Source: an uncultured Actinomycetes bacterium (GTDB lineage: Bacteria > Actinomycetota > UBA4738 > HRBIN12). From it: a stretch of DNA of 64,000 nucleotides. The notes under the pieces were generated by a model, which was not told the origin of the DNA, did not search any database, and saw only the letters and a list, made by a program, of their open reading frames with translations. Numbering within the stretch: position 1 is the first letter of the stretch; every line of letters starts with the position of its first letter. Position numbers and translations under genes: made by a program. Of this stretch, positions 1 through 11,814 are shown piece after piece. The stretch is from NCBI GenBank assembly GCA_963704725.1, contig OY969934.1, positions 2,784,001 through 2,848,000 of the forward strand, read 5' to 3'.

Positions 1-2
1 TG

Positions 3-443
3 AAGGAGGTCCCCGAGATGCTCGTCGCGTCGACGACGCGGCAGGCCTCACTGGCAACGATCGGCAAGGAGGTTCAGGAGGGGTTCATGACCCTCATGCA
101 GGCGATCGGGCCCGTGGGCTTCGGCCCGGGGATGCCCGGCGTCGTCTATCACGACGTCGTCGACGAGTGGACCGACGGGACGATCGAGGTGTTCGTGCCG
201 GCCGCGAGGTCCTTCGATCCCCCGGAGGGCGTCGGGGTGAAGACGATGCCCGCCAGCACGGTGGCGTTCACGATCCATCGCGGACCGTACGAGGAGTGCG
301 CGGCCGCCTACCAGGTCCTCACCGCGTGGATCCAAGAGCACGGGCACGAGCACGCCGGCCCGCCGAGGGAGCTGTACCTCAACGACCCGCACGAGGTCGG
401 TGAGGAGGAGGCTCTCACCGAGATCCAGTTCCCGATCCGCTAG
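3..443 (+). CDS. GyrI-like small-molecule-binding domain protein, probably the C-terminus of a MerR-type regulator (5' partial)
   Basis: Frame is open to the window edge. HRGPYEE..AAY..L.AWI..HG....GPPRELYLNDP...TEIQFPI is a GyrI-like effector-domain signature. Confidence 0.8.
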   Translation, partial: KEVPEMLVASTTRQASLATIGKEVQEGFMTLMQAIGPVGFGPGMPGVVYHDVVDEWTDGTIEVFVPAARSFDPPEGVGVKTMPASTVAFTIHRGPYEECAAAYQVLTAWIQEHGHEHAGPPRELYLNDPHEVGEEEALTEIQFPIR

Positions 444-538
444 CCCCCGCGGTGGCTCGGCTCAACACGGGAAGTCGTCCGCGCACGACCCGGAGCCGCA
501 GGCCGTGGGCCGTGATGTGAACTCGTAGACCCCGGTCC

Positions 539-1486
539 CTACGCCACGCGGAGCGGGTAGCCGTAGCGCGGCAGGAGCGGGAGCGTGATGAGGTCGCACA
601 CGAGGCGGTCGGTCCGGCGTTGCGAGCGGATCCACTCGTCGTCGCTCGACAGCTCGACAGGGCCATGGCGGAACCGGGAGGGGTTGCCGGCGAAGCTGTG
701 ATTGGGTGGCAGCTCCACGGTGCGGTCGTCGACGAACGGCGGTCCCGGCCGATCGCGTCCGATCGCGTCCGCGACCACACCGACCGTGTGGCGGGGGGAC
801 GCCACGAAGTCTTCGTATCGAAGGCGCACGGCCGGGCCTCGCCCCCGTCGACGGAGCCGGTCGGCCCCGAGGTTGCAGACGACCCAGTTGACGCTGCTGG
901 ACGTCGGGCTGTGCCGCGGCATCGTTCGGCCTTCGCCGGGCCCGGCGCTCCGCGTCCGCTGCCAGGAGAACGCCGTCGCGCGCGGGTCCCGGATCATGTG
1001 GACCAGGACCGGCGGGCCTTCCGACGCGAAGCCGGCGAGCGCGCCGTACCCGGCCTTCTTGGAGCTGTCGACGACGACCGGCGCGCCGCTCACGTGCGCG
1101 ATCGAGCGGTAGAGACACCGCAGGGCGGCGATGGATCGGCCGAACGGCTCCTCGGGCAGGTCCGAGGGCGACGAGGCACGCACCACCCGGCGCGTTCGCC
1201 GGATCCGGATCGCCTCCGTCTGCCACGCCCGCACCTCACGCAGATCCCGCGAGGGGAGCTCGGCGTCGGCCATGAGCTCGTCGTGGACCTCGGCCCAGAA
1301 CGGGCACTCGGCCAGGGACCGGCCGCACCCGCAGGCGTGCTCGGCACGGCCCATCCGGCTCCAGAAGTGGCGGAGCTCGCCGGCGTCGAACACGCCCGGC
1401 AGCGCGCCGAGGATGTTGCCGAGGATCGTGCTGCCGCTGCGGCCCCACGCGGCGATGTAGACGAGCTTCGGCGCGCCTACTCCCAC
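539..1486 (-). CDS. Sulfotransferase (PAPS-dependent)
   Basis: 5'-PSB loop [22 protein letters not shown] motif, [15 protein letters not shown] (3'-PB), LRYEDF. Likely GTG start at 1486 overlaps the end of guaA. Confidence 0.85.
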   Translation of the reverse strand: MGVGAPKLVYIAAWGRSGSTILGNILGALPGVFDAGELRHFWSRMGRAEHACGCGRSLAECPFWAEVHDELMADAELPSRDLREVRAWQTEAIRIRRTRRVVRASSPSDLPEEPFGRSIAALRCLYRSIAHVSGAPVVVDSSKKAGYGALAGFASEGPPVLVHMIRDPRATAFSWQRTRSAGPGEGRTMPRHSPTSSSVNWVVCNLGADRLRRRGRGPAVRLRYEDFVASPRHTVGVVADAIGRDRPGPPFVDDRTVELPPNHSFAGNPSRFRHGPVELSSDDEWIRSQRRTDRLVCDLITLPLLPRYGYPLRVA

Positions 1487-3015
1487 TCGATCGTGCCCGG
1501 CGGCTTGGAGGTCACGTCGTAGGCGACTCGGTTCACGCCGGGGACCTCCCGCACGACACGCCCGGCGATGCGATCGAGGATGTCGTACGGCAGGCGGGCC
1601 CAGTCCGCCGTCATGGCGTCCTCGCTCGTCACCGCTCGCAGGACCACCGGGTGCTCGTACGTCCGGCCGTCGCCCATGACCCCGACGCTCCGGACCTCGG
1701 CCAGCAGGACGCAGAATGCCTGCCACGTCTCGCGGTCGAGTCCGGCACGCCGGATCTCCTCGCGGACGACGTGATCCGCCGCCCTGACGATGTCGAGGTT
1801 GTCCGCGGTGACCTCGCCGACGATGCGCACGGCGAGGCCGGGCCCCGGGAACGGCTGGCGCTGCACGATCTCCTCGGGCAGCCCGAGCTCCGCGCCCACG
1901 GAGCGGACCTCGTCCTTGAACAGGTCCCGCAGCGGCTCCACGAGCTCGAGATCCATGTGTTCGGGCAGCCCGCCGACGTTGTGGTGGCTCTTGATCCGGG
2001 CGGCGGTTCGCGAGCCGCTCTCGATCACGTCGGGGTAGAGCGTGCCCTGGACCAGGAACCGGGCCCCTCGATACTCGCGGGCAACCTCCTCGAACACGCG
2101 GATGAACTCCTCGCCGATCCGGCGGCGCTTGTCCTCGGGACCCGTGACGCCGGCCAGCCGTGCCAGGAAGCGGTCAGCCGCCTTCACGTGGACGAGCGGC
2201 ACCTGGAAGTGGCGGCCGAACGTCTCCTCGACCTGCTCCGGCTCGCCTTCGCGAAGGAGCCCGGTGTCGACGAAGACGCACGTCAGCTGGTCGCCGACCG
2301 CCTTGTGGACGAGCAGCGCCGCGACGGCGGAGTCGACGCCACCCGAGAGCGCGCACAGGACCTCGCCCTCGCCAACGCGTTCGCGGACCGCACTCACGCT
2401 GCGCTCGATCACGTTCGCCGGCGTCCATTCGGGCATCAGGCCGCAGCCGTCGTAGAGGAACCGCTTCATCACCGCGACGCCCTTGGGCGTGTGCGCGACC
2501 TCGGGGTGGAACTGGACCGAGAACAAACCGCGCTCCGGGTCCTCCATCGAGGCGACCTCGATCGCGTCCGTGTGCGCGGTCACGCGGAACCCCGCCGGTG
2601 CGCGGGTCACGCCATCGCCGTGGCTCATCCAGACCGGCTCCTGGATGTCGAGCTCTTTCAGCAGGACGCCCGGGTCGTCCACGTGCAGGACGGTGCCGCC
2701 GTACTCGCGCCGCCCCGTCGCCGCCACCTCGCCGCCGAGGGCCTGGGCCATGAGCTGATGGCCGTAACAGATCCCGAGCACGGGAACCCCGAGCTCGAAG
2801 ACGCCGGGGTCGACGGAGGGAGCCCCCACCTCGTAGACCGAGGCCGGCCCGCCCGACAGGACGATGCCGGCGGGACGCAGCGCGGCGAGCTCCGCCGCGC
2901 TCAGGTCGAACGGGACGATCTCCGAGTACACGTGGCACTCGCGGATGCGCCGCGCGATGAGCTGTGCGTATTGGGCGCCGAGATCGACGACCAGGACCGG
3001 GCGCGGCGCGGGCAT
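1477..3015 (-). CDS. guaA: GMP synthase (glutamine-hydrolysing)
   Basis: [48 protein letters not shown]-terminus. Confidence 0.98.
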   Translation of the reverse strand: MPAPRPVLVVDLGAQYAQLIARRIRECHVYSEIVPFDLSAAELAALRPAGIVLSGGPASVYEVGAPSVDPGVFELGVPVLGICYGHQLMAQALGGEVAATGRREYGGTVLHVDDPGVLLKELDIQEPVWMSHGDGVTRAPAGFRVTAHTDAIEVASMEDPERGLFSVQFHPEVAHTPKGVAVMKRFLYDGCGLMPEWTPANVIERSVSAVRERVGEGEVLCALSGGVDSAVAALLVHKAVGDQLTCVFVDTGLLREGEPEQVEETFGRHFQVPLVHVKAADRFLARLAGVTGPEDKRRRIGEEFIRVFEEVAREYRGARFLVQGTLYPDVIESGSRTAARIKSHHNVGGLPEHMDLELVEPLRDLFKDEVRSVGAELGLPEEIVQRQPFPGPGLAVRIVGEVTADNLDIVRAADHVVREEIRRAGLDRETWQAFCVLLAEVRSVGVMGDGRTYEHPVVLRAVTSEDAMTADWARLPYDILDRIAGRVVREVPGVNRVAYDVTSKPPGTIEWE

Positions 3016-3057
3016 GGCGAGAACGGTAGCAGCCGAACGCGACGGCCCGGGATCGGG

Positions 3058-3705
3058 TTATCGGCCCTCGGCCACGTGGCCGGTCTCGGTGACCCGCAGG
3101 TCCGTCAGCCCCGAGTGCAGGCGCTCGCCCTCGACCATGATCGTCGCGTCCTGGAGGTAGCCGAGCTCCGCGAGCCGCTCGAGCACCCGCCGGAGCGAGT
3201 CGATCGGCTCCTCCACCATCGTGTCCAGGACAAGCTCGGGATCCACGGGCGGCTCGTACGGATCGTCGACGCCGGTGAAGCCGGTGATCTCCCCGGCGAT
3301 CGCCTTCTTGTACAGGCCCTTGGGGTCGCGGTTCTGCGCCAGCTCGTCGAGCGTCGCGTAGACGTACACCTCCACGAACGCGCCGATCATCGCGCGCACC
3401 TCGTCGCGCGTCGCCTTGTACGGGCTGATGGGGCAGCAGATCGCGGCCACGCCGTTGCGGGTCAGCAGGTTGGCCACGTAGCCGATCCGCAGGATGTTGG
3501 TGTCGCGGTCCTCCTTGCTGAACCCGAGACCCTTGCTGAGGTTCTTGCGCACCTCGTCACCGTCGAGGATCTCGGTCTTCAACCCTCGCGCCTGGAACTC
3601 GTGGTAGAGCATCTCGGCGATCGTGGACTTGCCAGACCCGGACAGGCCGGTGAACCAGACGGTGAATCCCTTCTTCTCACCCGAGCTCGGAAACGCTTGC
3701 GTCAC
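3058..3705 (-). CDS. cysC: Adenylyl-sulfate (APS) kinase
   Basis: [15 protein letters not shown]-loop, [40 protein letters not shown] start overlaps the upstream stop (GTGA). Confidence 0.95.
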   Translation of the reverse strand: MTQAFPSSGEKKGFTVWFTGLSGSGKSTIAEMLYHEFQARGLKTEILDGDEVRKNLSKGLGFSKEDRDTNILRIGYVANLLTRNGVAAICCPISPYKATRDEVRAMIGAFVEVYVYATLDELAQNRDPKGLYKKAIAGEITGFTGVDDPYEPPVDPELVLDTMVEEPIDSLRRVLERLAELGYLQDATIMVEGERLHSGLTDLRVTETGHVAEGR

Positions 3706-5099
3706 AGGAAGCTCCTCCCTACGGCGCCCTCCGGCGCCTCCACCCCGAACAGCTGCATGATGGTGGGCCCCACGTCGACCAGGTGCATCCCGTGGGTCTC
3801 GCCGAGCCGTTGGCCCGGCACTCCCGACATGGCGAAGACCCCGGTGCGATCGTGGTTGGCGCCGTCGGGCCCGGTGTCGTTCTCGTACGTGTAGATGCTG
3901 CGGTTGCCGACCGAGCCGACGGAGCGCCAGGCGAGGTCGCCGAAGTAGACGATGAGGTCGGGCGCGACGCCCCGAACCTCGGGATAGACGTCCTGGGGCT
4001 TCAGAACCTTCGTGCCGAGCGGCTCGCCGTCGGGACCCGGGGCCGCCTCGAGCCGCTCGATGAGCTCGTCGCGCGTCTGCTCGTAGCGAACCGGCTCCAC
4101 GATGCCCTGCGGCTCGCGACCCTTGACGTTCAGGAAGAGCCGGCCGTAGTAGCCACCGTCGCCCCACGCCACCGTCTGGCTCCAGTCGATCGCCGCGTCC
4201 TTGATGGGGATGACCTTCGAGGGCTGCGCCTCGAGCGTGAGGTAGCCCTCACGGATCAGCCAGTCGTTGAAGCAGAGCCCGCCCATCATCGGACGGGCAC
4301 CATGATCGCTCATGACGATCGTGATCGCGCCGTCGGGCAGGACGTCCAGGAGCGCTCCCACCTCGTGGTCCAGGAATCGGTAGTAGTCCTGGAATGCGGA
4401 CTCGAAGCGGTTCCCCGGCTCGTACAGCGGATGCCGCGGATCCCAGTGCTGCCAGAACACGTGGTGGAGTCGGTCCGGGGCGATCTCGCACAGCATGAAG
4501 AAGTCCCACGGCTTGCTCGTGGCGAGCCGGCGGCCGACCTGGAACCGGCGCTCCGTCATCTTGAAGACCTGGTCGAGCGCCACGTCGTACCCGGCGCGCC
4601 GGAAGTCCGGGATGTCGAAGATGTAGTCGTTGCCCTCCCCGAGCTCCTCGCAGATCTCCGTCTCCAGCTCGGCCGGGTACGCCCACGACTTGGCCGACGG
4701 CGGCGTGAGGAAGCACCCCACGCGCCACCCCGGGAACTGCTTCGGGGGCGGGAACGAGGGCGGGACGCCGATCAGCATCGAGCGCAGGCCCTTGGCGGCG
4801 ATCGCGTCCCATACGGCCGGTTCGGTGATGGCGCCCGAGGTGGCGATGGACAGGCCGTCGTACGTGGAGTCCTTACGGTTGCGGAACCCGTAGATCCCGA
4901 GCTGTCCGGGCGTCTTGCCGGTCATGGCGCAGGCCCAGGCGGGGACGGTGATGGGAGGGGTGATGCTCTCCAGATCGCCCCACATCCCCCGCTCCATCAG
5001 CGCGTGGATGTTGGGCGTCTCGGAGGCGAAGTCGCGGAACAGGAGCTGGGGGGTGGCGCAATCCAGCCCGATGACCGCGACCCGGGGCGTGTCGGTCAT
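3702..5099 (-). CDS. Alkaline-phosphatase-superfamily protein (type I phosphodiesterase / nucleotide pyrophosphatase)
   Basis: [15 protein letters not shown] (Thr nucleophile), DRLHH, MSDHG, GANH metal-binding motifs. Confidence 0.85.
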   Translation of the reverse strand: MTDTPRVAVIGLDCATPQLLFRDFASETPNIHALMERGMWGDLESITPPITVPAWACAMTGKTPGQLGIYGFRNRKDSTYDGLSIATSGAITEPAVWDAIAAKGLRSMLIGVPPSFPPPKQFPGWRVGCFLTPPSAKSWAYPAELETEICEELGEGNDYIFDIPDFRRAGYDVALDQVFKMTERRFQVGRRLATSKPWDFFMLCEIAPDRLHHVFWQHWDPRHPLYEPGNRFESAFQDYYRFLDHEVGALLDVLPDGAITIVMSDHGARPMMGGLCFNDWLIREGYLTLEAQPSKVIPIKDAAIDWSQTVAWGDGGYYGRLFLNVKGREPQGIVEPVRYEQTRDELIERLEAAPGPDGEPLGTKVLKPQDVYPEVRGVAPDLIVYFGDLAWRSVGSVGNRSIYTYENDTGPDGANHDRTGVFAMSGVPGQRLGETHGMHLVDVGPTIMQLFGVEAPEGAVGRSFL

Positions 5100-5215
5100 G
5101 CGCAGTCCTTCTTCGAACGGATCGGTCCAGGGGAACGAGGAGCCCCGACGGGGTCCCCGAAACGCCATGCTACCAACGGCTCGATGGCGCTCACGACCTG
5201 GGAGAATGCGCGGCC

Positions 5216-5611
5216 GTGAGGATGCTCCGAGGCGCGCTCCGCCTCCAGGCCGTCGTGTGGGCGCTCGCCGGCGTCGCCCTGCTGGCCGCCCCCGGGTGGC
5301 TCGTCGAGTCGGTGATGGACCAGCCCCCGCCCGGCGAGGCCGCCTGGCTGCGACTGTCCGGGGTGGCGGCCGTGGCGCTCGCCGGGCAGATGGTGCTCGT
5401 CGGCCACCGGGTGGAGGAGCTGTGGTGGTGGTCGTGGACGTTCGTGCTCCTGGAGGTGGGGGCCGTGGCGGTCCTGGCCGCTGGGGCGGTGGCGCCGCCC
5501 CGTGGAGCCCCGGCCTGGCCCTGGTGGGCCGCCGCGGTGGTCAACGGCGCGCTCGGCGTCGCCGAGATCGTGGCGCTTGCCAGGGCCGGCACCGAGCGCT
5601 CGCCGGTCTGA
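5216..5611 (+). CDS. Hypothetical membrane protein (~4 TM)
   Basis: 131-aa ORF with alternating hydrophobic segments, followed by a strong hairpin. Confidence 0.6.
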   Translation: MRMLRGALRLQAVVWALAGVALLAAPGWLVESVMDQPPPGEAAWLRLSGVAAVALAGQMVLVGHRVEELWWWSWTFVLLEVGAVAVLAAGAVAPPRGAPAWPWWAAAVVNGALGVAEIVALARAGTERSPV

Positions 5612-5631
5612 GCACAGCCAAAGGGGCCCCT

Positions 5632-5662
5632 GAGCTGCCTCGAACAGCGTTCGAGGCAGCTC
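5632..5662 (+). terminator. Stem-loop, probable intrinsic terminator
   Basis: Perfect 14-bp inverted repeat gagctgcctcgaac-agc-gttcgaggcagctc, 20 nt after the 5611 stop. Confidence 0.65.
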
Positions 5663-5707
5663 CGACTCACCTGCGCAGTGGTGAGGGGAAACCGTCCATT
5701 CGGCCCA

Positions 5708-5737
5708 TTGCAGGCTGTCGGCCGGGCGGCCTACACT
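5708..5737 (+). promoter_or_regulatory. Putative sigma-A-type promoter
   Basis: TTGCAG-N18-TACACT upstream of RBS AGGAG and the ATG at 5766. Confidence 0.4.
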
Positions 5738-5765
5738 AGGTCGTCCTTTCGACGTAGGAGTGTGC

Positions 5766-6017
5766 ATGAGAAGGATCGCGCTCGTGGTGGGGTCCGCGTT
5801 CGGACTGCTCATGGCGATGGCTCTGCCCGCCCTGGCCGGCTCCGAGCTCCCGCCCCCAAACGGCCCGGACGTCTTCGGCGACGTCGTCACTCCCCCGGGC
5901 GGCACGGCCTTCACCGGGTCGGACGTCTTCCCGTGGCTGCTCGCCATCGGCGTCCTGCTCCTAGTCGGCACGGCCCTGCTGATCGCAAGCCGGCGGCACC
6001 TGGCCACCAGCCGGTAG
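5766..6017 (+). CDS. Very small secreted, putatively sortase-anchored protein (TAFTG motif)
   Basis: Signal peptide ending ALA, ~26-aa Pro/Gly-rich mature part, TAFTG (LAFTG-like), hydrophobic helix, basic tail RRH. RBS AGGAG. Confidence 0.7.
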   Translation: MRRIALVVGSAFGLLMAMALPALAGSELPPPNGPDVFGDVVTPPGGTAFTGSDVFPWLLAIGVLLLVGTALLIASRRHLATSR

Positions 6018-6056
6018 CCGCTCACCGCACCATCGATCGCCGAGCCGCACCGCCGA

Positions 6057-7994
6057 TCAACCCGGCGTCAGCAGCCGCCACAGTCGCGTGAGCGCTGGCG
6101 GCCGGAACGGCACGACGATATCCAGCCGTCCCTCGAGGGCTCCCTGCCACGTCGCCGTGTCCTGGCTCGAGCGGACCCCGGGCGAGGCGTCGGTGACGTC
6201 CATCCCCTCCGGGAGATGGACGATCACGCTCGTCAGGTCGGGGCGGATCGTCGGCTGGTCGAGCAGGGTCAGGCGGTAGACGCCCCCCAGCGACCCACCC
6301 TCCCAGGCCCGCGGCACGTACCACGTGAGCGCCAGCTCGCTCGTGCCGCCGCTCGGCGTGCGGAAGTCGTCCTGGAAGAACGGATAGCCGAGCTCCGTGC
6401 CCGTCCCCACCCCAATCTCGGCCCCGTCGCGCTCGGCCCGGATCAATCGGCAGCCGGAGGCGCAGTAGACGTTGACGATCTGGGCGCTCTCCCCCGCCGC
6501 GGAGAAGCTCTTGTAGGGCCCGATCACATACTTCGGCTCACCGGTAGTCGGCGCGTGATTGGTGAGCGTGACGGTCGCCGTGGCCCGTGCCGAGCCGTCG
6601 GTCCGCAACCACACCTCGTACGTGACGGAACGATCCTCGTAGAAGTCGACCTTGTTGCCGCCCGAGCTGTTCTCGACGACCGAGAGCAGGTCGCCCTGGT
6701 CCGCTCGCAGGGCGCCGCCCGCGCCGGTGCGCTCGAGCGCGGCCTGGATCGTGGGATCGGCGCTGTAGACGAGCACGTGTCCCGCGCCGGCGACGCGCGC
6801 GAGCGTCCGCACGTCCCCGGCGTCCAGCTCCCCTCCCTGCAGGAACCGGCCGACGACGGTCTGGGCGACCGCGCCGAGGAGCCGCTTGCGAGCCTCCGGG
6901 TTCGTGAGCAGGGAGTACGCCTCGTTCGCGGTGAAGGCCACGACCCGGTCGGCCGTCAGCGTCACGTCCAGCCCCGGCACGGCGGCCGGGCCGGTCAGCC
7001 GCATCAACGCCTCGAGCGCGAACGGATCCGACAGGATGACGCCGTCGAGCCGGTCACCGGTCGCGACGGCGTACGCGTCCACGATGGCCTGCGCGGCCGT
7101 GGGGAAGTCGGGCGTGACGTTGATCGCCAGCCAGAAGCGGCCGTCGCCGCGGAACTGGTCGTAGTTGCTCGCGTACTCGTCCGTCGGCCCCGGGACGTCC
7201 TCGACCGAGAGCAACGGAAGGCTCTGGATCGGCCGGAACGCCGAGAAGTCCAGGACCCCGTCGTCGATCGTCAGGATCGCGTAGGCACCCACCACCCCGC
7301 CGGTCCCCCGGAGCTCGGCGGGGTTCTGCGCGCCGAAGAAGTAGCGGCGGGTTCCGTCGGCGCCGAGGAACTCGGGGAGCCCGTCGAGCACGGCGGAGGC
7401 CGTGTCGAGGAGGTCGTCGAGCGAGCCGATCTCCTCGCGCGCATCCGCCATCGCCGACCCGACCGGTCCGAGCAGCAGCGTCTCCGGAGCCCCGTCCAGC
7501 TCGTCGGCGGCGAGCCCGACCTCCCGTGCCGCGGCCGCGACGGTCGGCGCGAGCTCCTGGATCGGCTCGACGGGGATCCGCCCGTGGCTCGGGGCGAGGG
7601 CCGAGATCCCTCCGGCCACATCGAGCGCCTCGGCCAGGGTGGATCCGGCGGTCGAGACGCGGACGCCGGCATCGGCGATGGCCCCGACGGCGTCCGGGGT
7701 CCTCCCGAGCAGCGGGACCCGGCCGGCGATCCCCAGCCACGGGCCGTTCGCGTCGTCCCGGGCATCCCGGAAGCTCGAAGCGGCACGCCTGAAGTCGGCG
7801 CCGGCGGCGGTCGCATCCCCCTTCGCGAGCATGTCGCGGCCGTGGGCGAGCGCGTCCCGTCCCTGCGTGAGCGACCGGCGCGCCGACAGCGCCGAGCGGA
7901 TCCCGCCCAGGCCGAGGACCACGAGGACGCCGAGCGCGAGCACGAGCCCGATGCGGACGCGCCGGGCGCGCAGGAGGGCTCCGACCCGACGCAT
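6057..7994 (-). CDS. DUF4012 domain membrane protein (polysaccharide-locus associated)
   Basis: N-terminal TM, long helical region, QNPAELRGTGG, NVTPDFP, DGVILSDP, GGNKVDFY. Confidence 0.85.
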   Translation of the reverse strand: MRRVGALLRARRVRIGLVLALGVLVVLGLGGIRSALSARRSLTQGRDALAHGRDMLAKGDATAAGADFRRAASSFRDARDDANGPWLGIAGRVPLLGRTPDAVGAIADAGVRVSTAGSTLAEALDVAGGISALAPSHGRIPVEPIQELAPTVAAAAREVGLAADELDGAPETLLLGPVGSAMADAREEIGSLDDLLDTASAVLDGLPEFLGADGTRRYFFGAQNPAELRGTGGVVGAYAILTIDDGVLDFSAFRPIQSLPLLSVEDVPGPTDEYASNYDQFRGDGRFWLAINVTPDFPTAAQAIVDAYAVATGDRLDGVILSDPFALEALMRLTGPAAVPGLDVTLTADRVVAFTANEAYSLLTNPEARKRLLGAVAQTVVGRFLQGGELDAGDVRTLARVAGAGHVLVYSADPTIQAALERTGAGGALRADQGDLLSVVENSSGGNKVDFYEDRSVTYEVWLRTDGSARATATVTLTNHAPTTGEPKYVIGPYKSFSAAGESAQIVNVYCASGCRLIRAERDGAEIGVGTGTELGYPFFQDDFRTPSGGTSELALTWYVPRAWEGGSLGGVYRLTLLDQPTIRPDLTSVIVHLPEGMDVTDASPGVRSSQDTATWQGALEGRLDIVVPFRPPALTRLWRLLTPG

Positions 7995-8039
7995 CTCGAC
8001 AGCTTCCTCTCGTCCCGCCCCGTCGCGAGCGCCGGGGAC

Positions 8040-8072
8040 GCGCGAGGGGACCGGTTCCCGGTCCCCTCGCGC
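8040..8072 (-). terminator. Stem-loop downstream of groEL
   Basis: Perfect 15-bp inverted repeat gcgcgaggggaccgg-ttc-ccggtcccctcgcgc, 25 nt after the groEL stop. Confidence 0.7.
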
Positions 8073-8097
8073 TCGGCCCTCGCGACGATCGGTTGCG

Positions 8098-10126
<2,029 letters not shown>

Positions 10127-10189
10127 CCGTTCCCTCCTTGTGCCTGTTGCGTCCACGGTCCCTCGCCGGGGGTCGCGCGCTCAGCGCGC

Positions 10190-10216
10190 TTAGCACTCCC
10201 GGCGGGTGAGTGCTAA
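10190..10216. promoter_or_regulatory. CIRCE element (HrcA operator)
   Basis: Exact TTAGCACTC-N9-GAGTGCTAA upstream of groES; an additional half-site GAGTGCCAA at 10231-10239. Confidence 0.97.
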
Positions 10217-10248
10217 CAGGATAGCCACGCGAGTGCCAAGGGTCAACG

Positions 10249-10282
10249 CCTGAGGCCGGAGCCCGAAGGCTCCGGCCTCAGG
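10249..10282 (-). terminator. Stem-loop terminator with C(UUCG)G tetraloop
   Basis: 15-bp perfect stem cctgaggccggagcc with minus-strand loop TTCG, 30 nt after the 10313 stop. Confidence 0.75.
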
Positions 10283-10312
10283 TGGATCCGGTCCGACCCG
10301 GCCCGAGGGCCG

Positions 10313-11686
10313 TCAGGCCTCGCAGGAGTGGACCTGGTTGGTGCCCGGGCCACCGCTGCAGGTGTCCTCGGCCGGCCCGCCCCGCAGGGCGTCGTTCCCG
10401 GGTCCGCCGAACAGCACGTCGTCGCCGCCCCCGCCGCGCATGGTGTCGTTGCCCGATCCCCCGCGCATGGTGTCGTTGCCGGCTTGGCCGGCGATGCCGT
10501 CGTTGCCGGCCCCCCCGAGGAGCCGGTCATCCCCGTCGCCGCCGAGGAGGTGGTCGTTGCCGCCACCGCCGCGGATGGCGTCCACGCCCGGGCCGCCGAT
10601 GATCTGATTGGCGCCGCCGTCACCGACGAGGCTGTCGCCGAAGTTCGACCCGAGGACGTTTTCGACGCCGGTCAGCGCGTCAGCGCCGTGTCCACCGCTC
10701 GATGTGCCGGCCTCGAGGTCCACCGTGACCGCCGACTCGGCGAGCAGGTAGCCGGCGGCGTCGATCCCGCCGAGCCCGTCGATGGTGTCGTCGCCCTCGA
10801 GCCCCGTGAGGACGTTGTCCCCCTCGTCGCCGATCAGAGTGTCGGCGAAGGCGGAGCCCGTCACGTTCTCCAACCCGACCAGCGTGTCGGCTCCGTCGCC
10901 GCCGCTCGTCGTCCCGGCGTCGAGACTGACCGAGACCCCCGCCGGGGCGCCGAAGAAGCTAGCCGTGTCCACGCCAGGACCGCCGTCGAGATGATCCGCC
11001 CCCAGGCCGCCGTTGAGGATGTCGTTTCCCGGACCACCCGTCAGAGAGTCGTCTCCGGCCCCACCCCGCAAAGCGAGCCGGCCGTCCACGAAGGCTCCAC
11101 CCGTTCCCTCGCCTCCCGCGCCTGAGAGCAGGTCGTTGTCCGCGTTGCCCTCGACGTTGAGCCTCTCCGCGCCCGCGACCGTGACGTCGACGTCGTCGGC
11201 CGCCTCCCCCGCGTTGAGGTTCACGCCGTCGACGCCCACCACAAGATGATCGCCCGCCACCCCACCGGCGATCGTGAGGTTGTCGTCCTCACCGCCGCCC
11301 AGGTCCACGGCGAACTCGATCTCGGAACTCCCATCCGGTTCCGCCGTGGCTCCCGGCGCGAATGGACCACCGGCGAGGCTGATCCGGAACTCCTGGGTCC
11401 CGTCGTCGCCGCTCACGACGACCGTGTCGGTCGTCGTGACCGCGGCCGTTCCGCACCGAACGGCGGTCGCCTCCCCGACGCCGAAGAGGATCATCCCCTC
11501 GTCCGCACCCGTCCCCACCACCAGTCTCGCGGTATCCCCGTCTGCGGGCAGGGTGACGGTCACCGAGCCGTCCGCGAACCCGCACGTTGCCGTCGCCGCC
11601 GCCGGGACGGCAGTCATCGCCGCGAGGAGTACGACCACGACCGCCGTCACCGACCACGCGGCTCGTCTGACGCCACGTCCACTCAT
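10313..11686 (-). CDS. Secreted calcium-binding protein with RTX/hemolysin-type repeats
   Basis: Signal peptide, many GGxGxDxLx nonapeptides, and two 'V.VDL.AG...GG.G.D.L.G.ENV.GS' units. Confidence 0.9.
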   Translation of the reverse strand: MSGRGVRRAAWSVTAVVVVLLAAMTAVPAAATATCGFADGSVTVTLPADGDTARLVVGTGADEGMILFGVGEATAVRCGTAAVTTTDTVVVSGDDGTQEFRISLAGGPFAPGATAEPDGSSEIEFAVDLGGGEDDNLTIAGGVAGDHLVVGVDGVNLNAGEAADDVDVTVAGAERLNVEGNADNDLLSGAGGEGTGGAFVDGRLALRGGAGDDSLTGGPGNDILNGGLGADHLDGGPGVDTASFFGAPAGVSVSLDAGTTSGGDGADTLVGLENVTGSAFADTLIGDEGDNVLTGLEGDDTIDGLGGIDAAGYLLAESAVTVDLEAGTSSGGHGADALTGVENVLGSNFGDSLVGDGGANQIIGGPGVDAIRGGGGNDHLLGGDGDDRLLGGAGNDGIAGQAGNDTMRGGSGNDTMRGGGGDDVLFGGPGNDALRGGPAEDTCSGGPGTNQVHSCEA

Positions 11687-11814
11687 CCTGCCCTCCCGTC
11701 TCGAGCCATGGCCCGGAGACAACCTGCCTGCGCCGGAACGCGCCGGGCCGATTCTAGGCGCACGCCGAGGGCGTCCTGGAGAGCGGCGTCTCACCACGGT
11801 CGCTGCGGGCAGGG

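Noticed and set aside
10313-11686. RTX toxin
   Set aside because: It has a Sec-type signal and only Ca-binding repeats, with no pore-forming domain, acyltransferase or type I secretion genes.
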